Assembly: GCA_001783065.1 (NCBI GenBank)
Contig: MFQN01000003.1
Location: forward strand, 15,314-79,313
Origin: Candidatus Magasanikbacteria bacterium RIFCSPLOWO2_12_FULL_43_12
GTDB taxonomy: Bacteria; Patescibacteriota; Patescibacteriia; Magasanikbacterales; UBA922
Reading direction: 5' to 3'
DNA: 64,000 bases
This document shows, piece after piece, positions 28,098-36,242 of the stretch; positions within the stretch are counted from its first letter, which is position 1, and the number at the start of each line of letters is the position of its first letter. The position numbers were made by a program, and so were the translations under genes. A model generated the notes under the pieces. It was not told the DNA's origin. It was given only the letters and a program-made list of their open reading frames with translations, and made no database searches.

Positions 28098-30002
28098 TTA
28101 CCCTATATCCAAATCTTGGTTGCCGCCCTGCCGTCCGCCCATCTGCGCCTCAAACTCTTTCTTCGCCTTTTCAATAGCCATAAGTTGCGCCGGGTCGGAA
28201 GTAATCAGCTGGTCTTCGGTGTAAGACGCGATGACTTTAATCGCGGCGCGTTTTAGACCGGCAAAGAAAATTCCTTCGCCAACCGCGCTTTCCAACAATA
28301 AATATTTCTCGCCTTCGGTCAGCATAAAAGTTTTTTGGATAATATCAACCGCGGCCGGCAACTGGCGCAAAAGAAGCTGCAAGGCCGAATTGGTGACGAT
28401 TGAATGGCCATATTGCGACTGCAAAAAGTCATTAACATCCTGCGTAATCGTGGTAACGCCCAAATAATACTTGCGGCATCTTTTGACCAACGCGTAAATA
28501 AACTTCGCGCTGTCCTCATGCGTCATCAACCACCACGCTTCATCAATAATCAGCAAACGTTTTTTCCGCTCGCTCCGAACGATATTCCAAACATAATTAA
28601 CCAAACTATAAATCGCCATCGGACGCAACTCATCTTCCAGATCGCGCACGCTGAACACCACCAACTGATTGTTCATGTTAACGTTGGTCGGCGAATTAAA
28701 CAATCCGGAAAAAGTGCCTTCCGTGTATTTTTTAAGCTTCAAAACCATTGTCTGCGCCCCCTCCATTCCTTCCAAAACATCAAGCAAGTCCTGCATTATT
28801 GGCGGTTCAACCGTGGCTAAGTTAGAACTGGGCGTAATATCTTTTTTCGCGTAGGTCTCTCGCAGCGCCTGATCCATCACCGAATCTTCCAGCGCGCTTA
28901 AAGAACCAAACATAATTCTTATCAAGCCCTTTGAAGTAATTATCGCGCTTCTAATCACGTCCTCGGTGGAAATCTGCTGGCCGACCGGCCGCGGCAAATC
29001 AAAAGGATTAACTTTGCTTTCCGATGCCAAAGAAATATTAACATAAGTGCCGCCGACCGCTTCGCATAAGTGCTGATATTCCATTTCCGGGTCTATGATA
29101 ATAATGTCAGTGCCCATCATCAAACTGCGCAAGACTTCCAATTTTACCGCGTATGATTTTCCGGCGCCGGAGGTGGCAAAAACAACCATGTTGGCATTTT
29201 GCAAACTGAATCTGTCAAACAAAATCAGACTGTTATTATGCTGATTAATGCCGTACAAAATGCCATTATCGCTCGTCAATTCCGCGGACATAAACGGAAA
29301 CGACGCGGCAATCGGCGATGAATTCATGTTAAAAGCAATGTTTAATTCGTCAACGCATAAAGGCATGGTGGAGTTAAATCCCTGTTCAGCTTGAAACAAC
29401 ACGTGTTTGCTGTAAATCAATCGCGCGCCAAAAACATTTTCAATATCTTCCGTCATTTTATTCAACTCATCAACCGACTTGGCGTATAAAGTAACATAAA
29501 AAGCGAATTGAAAAAAATGTTCCGTACCCTGCGTTAAATCATCGCGCAGTTGCTCAATGTCGCGCAAAGCGGTTTCGCGCAAAGGATCGCGCGCCGCGCC
29601 TTTTTCCGCGTCCGCGCTAATCTGCGCTTCCAGCACGCCGACTTTCTTTTTTAATTGCTTTAAAATAATCGCCGAATTGATCGGATAAAAAAACATTGAG
29701 GTGTCCATCGTGGCGTTAAAATTCAAAATTGGCGCGCTCCAGCCCACGGCGATATAGCGCGGGTAAGTAATGGCAAAAATCGTGCGCAAAAAAGTCTCGC
29801 CAAGCTGGATGAAATTTGATTCAACCCGAAAGGCGGACGGCGCGATTAGATCGCGGATCGCCACCGTGCCTTCGCGGTAAACGCGCTCTTCTTCCAGAGA
29901 AATCAATTCCTCCCGCACTTCTTTCTTTTTCTTTTCCGCTTCTTCTTGGGACTTCGCGCTGCCGAGAAATTTCTTGTCAATTGTGGTCGGCTTAAATGGC
30001 AT
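28098..30002 (-). CDS. VirB4/TraE-like conjugal transfer ATPase
   Basis: Walker A ATSGAGKS, IIDPEMEY, NPFDL, Walker B IIDEAW, RKY, ITQDVNDF. Confidence 0.9.
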   Translation of the reverse strand: MPFKPTTIDKKFLGSAKSQEEAEKKKKEVREELISLEEERVYREGTVAIRDLIAPSAFRVESNFIQLGETFLRTIFAITYPRYIAVGWSAPILNFNATMDTSMFFYPINSAIILKQLKKKVGVLEAQISADAEKGAARDPLRETALRDIEQLRDDLTQGTEHFFQFAFYVTLYAKSVDELNKMTEDIENVFGARLIYSKHVLFQAEQGFNSTMPLCVDELNIAFNMNSSPIAASFPFMSAELTSDNGILYGINQHNNSLILFDRFSLQNANMVVFATSGAGKSYAVKLEVLRSLMMGTDIIIIDPEMEYQHLCEAVGGTYVNISLASESKVNPFDLPRPVGQQISTEDVIRSAIITSKGLIRIMFGSLSALEDSVMDQALRETYAKKDITPSSNLATVEPPIMQDLLDVLEGMEGAQTMVLKLKKYTEGTFSGLFNSPTNVNMNNQLVVFSVRDLEDELRPMAIYSLVNYVWNIVRSERKKRLLIIDEAWWLMTHEDSAKFIYALVKRCRKYYLGVTTITQDVNDFLQSQYGHSIVTNSALQLLLRQLPAAVDIIQKTFMLTEGEKYLLLESAVGEGIFFAGLKRAAIKVIASYTEDQLITSDPAQLMAIEKAKKEFEAQMGGRQGGNQDLDIG

Positions 30003-30123
30003 AATTCATAATACTAATATACGAATAGAGTACTAAATGATACTAATGGATACAAATATTTAGCATCAGAGGGTATTAGTATTCATTAGTATCATTAGTA
30101 AATTAGTATATTGGTATGTTAAA

Positions 30124-30804
30124 CTATTCTATTTGCAACTGTTCAATCGGCTGAAGCTGTTCCGCCAATGAGATATCCGGATTGTAGCTGGAATAAAATA
30201 ATTCAATCGCCGCTTGGGTGTCCAACTGAACTACTTCCAACCCCATGCCCTGCAAACCGGAAAACACCTGCCGCAAACGCATATTTAAATCCTCTTGACG
30301 CTGTTTGAACCGCTCTTCTTTTAAACGCACGCTCAAGGCCGGTTTCAACACTTCTTTAAACTTCGTCCAAAAAGATTTTCTCTTGTTGGAAAGCGGGTCA
30401 TACGGCACCACCACATAAAAACGCTTGGTCATTATCTGTCCCATCTGTATCAACTCCTGAATAAACGAACGATAGTCCGCGGTTTGGATGCGCAAAAGCT
30501 CGTTCGGCTGCTCTTTTTCCAGTTGGATTAATTTTTCCACGTATGGCTTAATCTGCAACTTGCGCGATTGTATTACTATTTGCAAAGGAAAATCCAACGA
30601 ATTTAGAAAACTCACATACGAAGAAATCAAAGCGTTCTGCTCATCTTCCGATTTTAACGCAAAATTGATGCTGGAAGTCATCAGCACCGCGCGCAAAGTT
30701 CCGTCTTTCAAAATTATCGCGCCGTCTTTTATTTCCGCGATTGGCAAGTGCGTCTGCGTGGACGGCTTGCCAGACTTTTTCTTTTTTACCTTTTCGTTTT
30801 TCAT
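30124..30804 (-). CDS. VirB4 N-terminal-like/TraC-like partner protein
   Basis: INFALKSEDEQ, FLNSLDFPLQI; lies between PrgI and the ATPase. Confidence 0.7.
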   Translation of the reverse strand: MKNEKVKKKKSGKPSTQTHLPIAEIKDGAIILKDGTLRAVLMTSSINFALKSEDEQNALISSYVSFLNSLDFPLQIVIQSRKLQIKPYVEKLIQLEKEQPNELLRIQTADYRSFIQELIQMGQIMTKRFYVVVPYDPLSNKRKSFWTKFKEVLKPALSVRLKEERFKQRQEDLNMRLRQVFSGLQGMGLEVVQLDTQAAIELFYSSYNPDISLAEQLQPIEQLQIE

Positions 30805-30805
30805 A

Positions 30806-31231
30806 TTACTCCTCCGGCCGATAAAACCCGCCGGTATTCACAATTAAAGCCAAATCCCTGATATGCTCGCTCCGCGCCGCTTTTCTCTCTTCTTTTTCTT
30901 CAATCTCCGGCGGTTCTTGCAAACGCAGATAATTTAATTCGTCTTTATCATAATTTTTCCGCCAAACACGCAAGCCCGGACGGCGGACGGTTTGCAATAA
31001 ATTTAAAATAAAATAATGAAATGTTTGACCGTTAATTTTTACAAAGGCCACGATTAGCGACCCGCCGCCAACCACCGCCAAAGTTGTGATGAATAAAGCG
31101 AAATCAGCGTATTTGAAAGCAAGGAAAACCAACAGTCCGGACGTGAGCAGAATTAAAAACTGCCGCACCGTTATCGGCCCGAAAATCTTGTCTTCCACGT
31201 CAATGAATTGCGGGACTACAAATTGTTGCAT
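30806..31231 (-). CDS. PrgI family protein
   Basis: MQQFVVPQFIDVEDKIFGPITVRQF followed by two TM helices. Confidence 0.85.
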   Translation of the reverse strand: MQQFVVPQFIDVEDKIFGPITVRQFLILLTSGLLVFLAFKYADFALFITTLAVVGGGSLIVAFVKINGQTFHYFILNLLQTVRRPGLRVWRKNYDKDELNYLRLQEPPEIEEKEERKAARSEHIRDLALIVNTGGFYRPEE

Positions 31232-31245
31232 AGCCAATTTAACAA

Positions 31246-32502
31246 TCAAATTGTCTTTCCAACCTCCGCTATTCTTTCAAACTCTTCAAATTTAATTCCA
31301 CTCTCTCCCACAACTTCCGTTAGTTTCCTCCTCTCATTCACCGCGCGCTTAATTAAATTCTGATAATCTTTATACACCGGGCTGCTAAACCACGCATCCA
31401 GCGCCTGAAGATATATTATAACAGATTCTTTCCTTAAAGCCGAGAACTTACCGCGCAAAACCTGAATTGAATCAATCCCGCCGGTCGCCAAACGGCGGAA
31501 ATCTGTCAAAGTCATTGTCGCGATCTCATCAATCGGCCCCAGGGAAACTTTCTCCGCCGGTTCAACTTTCGGCGGCACAACATCTTGAACCAACGGTTTG
31601 GTGTTAATCCCCAACACCTCCCCTGCCCTCCTCCGAGGAGGGAGCTTGTTAGCCACACCATCGGATCCGCCTGCCGGCGATACAGAGAAAGTCTGTGAGT
31701 GTATCCTAACACCTCCATCGCCCTCCTCCGAGGAGGGAATTTTTGAGCTCCCATCTCGGAGAGGGGTAGGCCTTCGAGGCTCTAAGGAGCCCTCAGGCTC
31801 TCGAAGAGGGGGTGTGTTCGCCAAATGCCAAATTTTTTTTATCGCCGCGATCACCGCAGCTGTTTGTTCTTCAGAAAATCCCAACCCGCCTTCCGCCTCG
31901 TTTCTTTGCAAATACCCGCGCATTTGCTCTTCATTCCTCACTCCCTTTACAAAAGACACGACCAACGAATTCAATCTCCCTCTCATTTCATCTTTAACCG
32001 GAAATCTGATTTCTTTTACAAACAAATCATACAAATCACCTCTCTTGTCAGGCAAAACATTTACTGCTTTAATTTTCATCGCTTCATCAGCAGAATCTTC
32101 CAACAACGACTTATTATCCTCTCTCGTCCACGCTTTCACCTCACTATTTTTCTGTTTCTTGTTATCTGTCTCCTGCATTATATCGTCAACTCTTTGGGTT
32201 TTGTTAATTGTGTTTTGTGTTTTGCTCTTCACTGTTCGCACATACTTCGCTTCATCCACAAAAATATCCTTCACCGGCGCCGCCGTCGCTACCGCTTCCT
32301 CGCCAATCTTCGCCGGCAGATTTGACCCCAGCTCTCGGACTTCAGCTTTCGGATTTATGATTTTAGGTTTAGCAATCTCAACACTCGCCGATTGAGTTTT
32401 GTTAATTGTGTTTTGTGTTCTGTACACGCCAAACTCATCCCAACTCATCCTTACGGACGTGCCGTCGGATTTTTTGACGAGGATTGTGGGTTGATTGGGC
32501 AT
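31246..32502 (-). CDS. Hypothetical protein with repeat-derived low-complexity inserts
   Basis: 418 aa; GGLG and GPIDEI motifs; central region encoded by palindromic repeats. Confidence 0.75.
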   Translation of the reverse strand: MPNQPTILVKKSDGTSVRMSWDEFGVYRTQNTINKTQSASVEIAKPKIINPKAEVRELGSNLPAKIGEEAVATAAPVKDIFVDEAKYVRTVKSKTQNTINKTQRVDDIMQETDNKKQKNSEVKAWTREDNKSLLEDSADEAMKIKAVNVLPDKRGDLYDLFVKEIRFPVKDEMRGRLNSLVVSFVKGVRNEEQMRGYLQRNEAEGGLGFSEEQTAAVIAAIKKIWHLANTPPLREPEGSLEPRRPTPLRDGSSKIPSSEEGDGGVRIHSQTFSVSPAGGSDGVANKLPPRRRAGEVLGINTKPLVQDVVPPKVEPAEKVSLGPIDEIATMTLTDFRRLATGGIDSIQVLRGKFSALRKESVIIYLQALDAWFSSPVYKDYQNLIKRAVNERRKLTEVVGESGIKFEEFERIAEVGKTI

Positions 32503-32505
32503 AGA

Positions 32506-33744
32506 TTAAAGCTCCCAAGGATAAATGCAGTGTTCATCTTTTTTCTTTCCTTCTAAACCAACCACCTTATAGTCTTTGGCTTTGTATTTCTTGCAAAATG
32601 AATTTACGGCATTGCTTTTAAAATTTCTAAAATTTGTTTTCACCTCTATCGGCAAAAGAGACGCGCGCAAATCTAAAACAAAATCAACTTCCGCGTGCCT
32701 GTGTGTCCGCCAAAAATGTATGCGCTCGCGTCCATATTTTTTTACGAGCTCGGCAAAAACGCTGGTTTCAAACAGATCGCCGCTAATCCTAGCGCTCAGT
32801 TCCTTATAACGCAATACCTGCAACAAACCTGTATCATAAAAAAATATTTTAGGAGCCTTTGACACCTCAACATTGGCGCTATGGCTAAACGGATGGACAA
32901 ATTTTATAATATACGTGTTCTCTAAAATTGATAGATACTGTTCAACTGTCTGCGCCGCCAAACCTATTGTGCTTGCCGTGGCAGATACGCTTAAAAGCTG
33001 TCCGCTCTGTGCCGCCAAAACTTTCAATAAGTTATTAAACTTTTCTATCTCCACAATATTAGCCAAATCTCTTATGTCTTTCCGCACATAAGTGTCAATT
33101 ATAATCTGCAAATATTTTTCTTTTATTTCTATTGAATCTTGCAAAACAATTTTCGGATATCCGCCATAAAAAACATATTCGCGATACATACGGATGACAT
33201 CTTCAAAAATCGGCCCTTTGCCAAGTTTAGACACCTGTTCCAAGTTATAGTTAATGTTTTTAAACCTCAAGAACTCGCTGAACGATAAATTAAAAACTTC
33301 AAAGTTGACTATCCTGCCAACGAGCGAATCACTAAATTTATTCTTAATATCAAAACTGGACGAACCTGACACAATTAGCTTTAGATACTTATGATGATCT
33401 GCCAACAATTTCAAAAAAGACGACGGTTTCTTAAGATTCTGTATCTCATCTATAAAGACAAATAATTTTTTATCCGACCGGCTTAACTCTCCCCAATCAA
33501 ATCCAGCCCCTTCAAGATAAGATAAAAAATTTTCCACGCCAGCGTCAAGGATGTCTGTTTTTCTTGAATCCTCAAGATCAAAAAAGTATGTTTTTTCACC
33601 GGCCGCATTCAGCTGATCTTGCAAATAGAGCATTATGGATGTTTTTCCAACTTGTCTTGCGCCATGTAACACCAAAACATCGTCTATATTGATATACTTC
33701 AAAATTTCATCTAAAATATCACGTTTTATCAAGTTTTTTGTCAT
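32506..33744 (-). CDS. AAA_14-type ATPase with C-terminal DUF4143/PD-(D/E)xK-like domain
   Basis: GARQVGKT, FIDEIQ, SGSS, GGYP, KIFFYDTG, EVDFV, PIEVK. Confidence 0.9.
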   Translation of the reverse strand: MTKNLIKRDILDEILKYINIDDVLVLHGARQVGKTSIMLYLQDQLNAAGEKTYFFDLEDSRKTDILDAGVENFLSYLEGAGFDWGELSRSDKKLFVFIDEIQNLKKPSSFLKLLADHHKYLKLIVSGSSSFDIKNKFSDSLVGRIVNFEVFNLSFSEFLRFKNINYNLEQVSKLGKGPIFEDVIRMYREYVFYGGYPKIVLQDSIEIKEKYLQIIIDTYVRKDIRDLANIVEIEKFNNLLKVLAAQSGQLLSVSATASTIGLAAQTVEQYLSILENTYIIKFVHPFSHSANVEVSKAPKIFFYDTGLLQVLRYKELSARISGDLFETSVFAELVKKYGRERIHFWRTHRHAEVDFVLDLRASLLPIEVKTNFRNFKSNAVNSFCKKYKAKDYKVVGLEGKKKDEHCIYPWEL

Positions 33745-33931
33745 AAGTGTATGTATTTCTAAACTGCACTTTCATTTTACCATACCTTTATTTCAAAGTC
33801 AAGTTTAACTTTACCTTATGATTTTTTTACACCATACTCCCATTTTATCTGGCCTTTTTCTATCACCACACTGCCATTTAACCGCATTTTTACACCTTTT
33901 GGCTGTGTTAAGCGGAAAATAAGTTGTAATT

Positions 33932-33972
33932 GTTGGATTTTTTACGAGAATTGTGGGTTGGTTTGATGGCAT
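33932..33972 (-). repeat. Degenerate copy of the first ~40 nt of the 31246-32502 gene
   Basis: ATGCCATCAAACCAACCCACAATTCTCGTAAAAAATCCAAC vs ATGCCCAATCAACCCACAATCCTCGTCAAAAAATCCGAC. Confidence 0.8.
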
Positions 33973-33984
33973 AATGTTATCCAC

Positions 33985-34077
33985 TTGACAAATGAATTGA
34001 TCTACTTTATACTTTAGGTAGTATTACTAGAAAAGAGCACTTCTTAATGGTTTCGTCCTTAAGCGGTGCTTTTTTTA
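33985..34077 (+). ncRNA. Promoter plus ~57-nt hairpin RNA convergent on the NYN gene 3' end
   Basis: TTGACA-17-TATACT (33985-34013), then agcac..tt..aa..gtgct hairpin and T-tract. Confidence 0.45.
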
Positions 34078-34559
34078 TACTCTAGCTTTCCGCGCAAATT
34101 TTCCATAAAAAATATTTTCTCTTTTGCGTGTTGTCTCAACAGTCCGGAGCACCTTTTGTAATTCGGGCTTAATACTGCCAATAATTTCCTTTTTCCGTAC
34201 AGGTATCTAACCAAAGAATAAAAATCGCCGTCGCTTGTTACTACCAATGCCTTATCAAATTTTTCTAATTCTATCATCACCTGAAGCACCAAATCAGCAT
34301 CAACATTTCCTTTCAAATCACCATTTCCATCAGGAATAGTCGGCTTAAATATTAAAATAAAACCCGCCTCTTGTAATTTATTATACAAGTCTTGATTGCC
34401 GCTGACAAAACCAATAAATAAATACGCTCTCTCAATATGATATTTCTCTTTTAAATATCGTCTGAATCTTTTGTAATCTAATTTCCACCCTAAACTCAAA
34501 ATCCCTAAATGCAGATTCTGACTGTCAATAAACGCGTAATTGTTTCCTATTTTTGGCAT
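34059..34559 (-). CDS. NYN/LabA (PIN-like) domain protein
   Basis: AFIDSQNL, KGNVDADL, VTSDGDF acidic motifs; start MPKIG. Confidence 0.9.
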   Translation of the reverse strand: MPKIGNNYAFIDSQNLHLGILSLGWKLDYKRFRRYLKEKYHIERAYLFIGFVSGNQDLYNKLQEAGFILIFKPTIPDGNGDLKGNVDADLVLQVMIELEKFDKALVVTSDGDFYSLVRYLYGKRKLLAVLSPNYKRCSGLLRQHAKEKIFFMENLRGKLEYKKSTA

Positions 34560-34562
34560 ATG

Positions 34563-34600
34563 GTCGGATTTTTGACGAGAATTGTGGGTTTGGTGGGCAT
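34563..34600 (-). repeat. Second degenerate copy of the 5' end of the 31246-32502 gene
   Basis: ATGCCCACCAAACCCACAATTCTCGTCAAAAATCCGAC immediately upstream of the NYN ATG. Confidence 0.8.
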
Positions 34601-34638
34601 ACCGGCACAATCTTACCGAATTTATTTACTAATCAACC

Positions 34639-36231
34639 TTAATCAAATTCTATATCTGGATTCGTAGATAAATATTTTAATTTCTTCCTCGCTTCCTCTT
34701 CTGCCTGCTTCCAAACACTTTCTTCTATACCAAATCTAAACCACGGAGTGTACCAGCTGTCCGGTAATTTTTTATTAAATTTAACTTTTCCTTCTCGTTC
34801 ATCAAAATATATAATTGGTCCGTAATCAAAAGAAGGGAACACTTCTGAATACAAATCGCTTAGACGCGCCACCCGGCTCAAAAACGGCTCATCTTCCCAC
34901 GGCACAGACTCAAAAGCGGTTATAAGTTTTGCCTTTGTCAACGCCGGCCGATCAAACAATTTAAAATGTTCTCTTAATTCTTCCGTATCTTTGTCGCTAA
35001 TATCTTGCCGCACAATTTTTTTCCAATCATATTTATCCGATAAAATCTGTTCTTCGGTGAGTATCCCGCGATAATCCACGAAATCGCAATCACGCAAATG
35101 GATATATAAATACAATAACTTCTGCAATAACGGCTTCAAACCAAGCGGCCATTTATGCTCGGCAATGGCTTGATTAATATACAAATCATGTTCAGCAACA
35201 TCACGACCATCGCCTTTGGCGAAAGACAAAAATCCCTTAATGAATCCGCCGACTGTTGTTTGGTCTTCACCAACATGAATAAGCTGCGCGCTATAACGCA
35301 AAAGTTCGGAGAAACTACCAGAATTAATAATATAATCAGTTAACAAGGGCCGACCGGCTAAATACTCCTGCAATTCTTTTTCAATCAAGACCCCAAAACA
35401 CAGCGCTTCCCACAGATACCATTCCATGGCTCTGGCCTGCCGCCATTCGTTCAACTCGTTAAAATTACCCAGAGATAAATGCAAAAGTACGATAAACAAC
35501 AGGTGGTCCGCTTCAAACTCAAAAATGTTTTTATCTGCTTGTTTAGCATTAACATATAAAAATTTACCTGCCCAAGTCAATGCTTCTCCATCGTGATTAT
35601 GCACGGCTTGACCCAAAATCCGTAATACCGGCACCCAATCAACAACCGGAACGTCTGGCTCCTTTTCTAAACCAGCAAGTTGTACTGACCCACCCAGCGG
35701 CGAATAATAAAGAAGAGCGGCCGCTATCAACCTAAGCTGTGGTTTTAATTTTTCATATAGCTCCGCCACCACTGTTAGCTGTTGGCTAATTTTTAACTGT
35801 ACCGCGTCCGTTCGACTGAACACTTTGGCAGACATCAATTCTATTCCCTGTTTATCCAATTCCAACAGCGCGCCTAATGCTTTCCATGATTCAATGGTGG
35901 CAGACGCAGTTTGACCGATTACTCCTCTCTGACTACTCTCAAAGACGACTACAGCCTCGTCAATTTTATCACGCAGAATAGCGACTACCTCCCAATTTAT
36001 CTGCTCAAGCATGGCCACAAAAAAAGCATCGCGTTTGTCGGAAACTGGTTGAGAAAAATCAAAACGCGACATCTCTTCTTGTAAATCCGCCAGCCATTGC
36101 CAAACCGATTCGTTTTTCCAAGCAGTGCCAAAAAACTCCTCGGCTGATGATACAGCCAAAATGATACTTCCCAATCTTTTTTGCCACTCAGCTGTCGTGG
36201 CCGGTACAAAATATTGAGGTAACATAGTCAA
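34639..36231 (-). CDS. Hypothetical protein (530 aa)
   Basis: Long ORF directly downstream of the VirB6-like gene; no motif recognised. Confidence 0.75.
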   Translation of the reverse strand: MTMLPQYFVPATTAEWQKRLGSIILAVSSAEEFFGTAWKNESVWQWLADLQEEMSRFDFSQPVSDKRDAFFVAMLEQINWEVVAILRDKIDEAVVVFESSQRGVIGQTASATIESWKALGALLELDKQGIELMSAKVFSRTDAVQLKISQQLTVVAELYEKLKPQLRLIAAALLYYSPLGGSVQLAGLEKEPDVPVVDWVPVLRILGQAVHNHDGEALTWAGKFLYVNAKQADKNIFEFEADHLLFIVLLHLSLGNFNELNEWRQARAMEWYLWEALCFGVLIEKELQEYLAGRPLLTDYIINSGSFSELLRYSAQLIHVGEDQTTVGGFIKGFLSFAKGDGRDVAEHDLYINQAIAEHKWPLGLKPLLQKLLYLYIHLRDCDFVDYRGILTEEQILSDKYDWKKIVRQDISDKDTEELREHFKLFDRPALTKAKLITAFESVPWEDEPFLSRVARLSDLYSEVFPSFDYGPIIYFDEREGKVKFNKKLPDSWYTPWFRFGIEESVWKQAEEEARKKLKYLSTNPDIEFD

Positions 36232-36242
36232 TTGCCTAATTA

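Noticed and set aside
34045-34062. GGACGAAAC (minus strand) as a hammerhead ribozyme
   Set aside because: The required CTGANGA core is not present nearby
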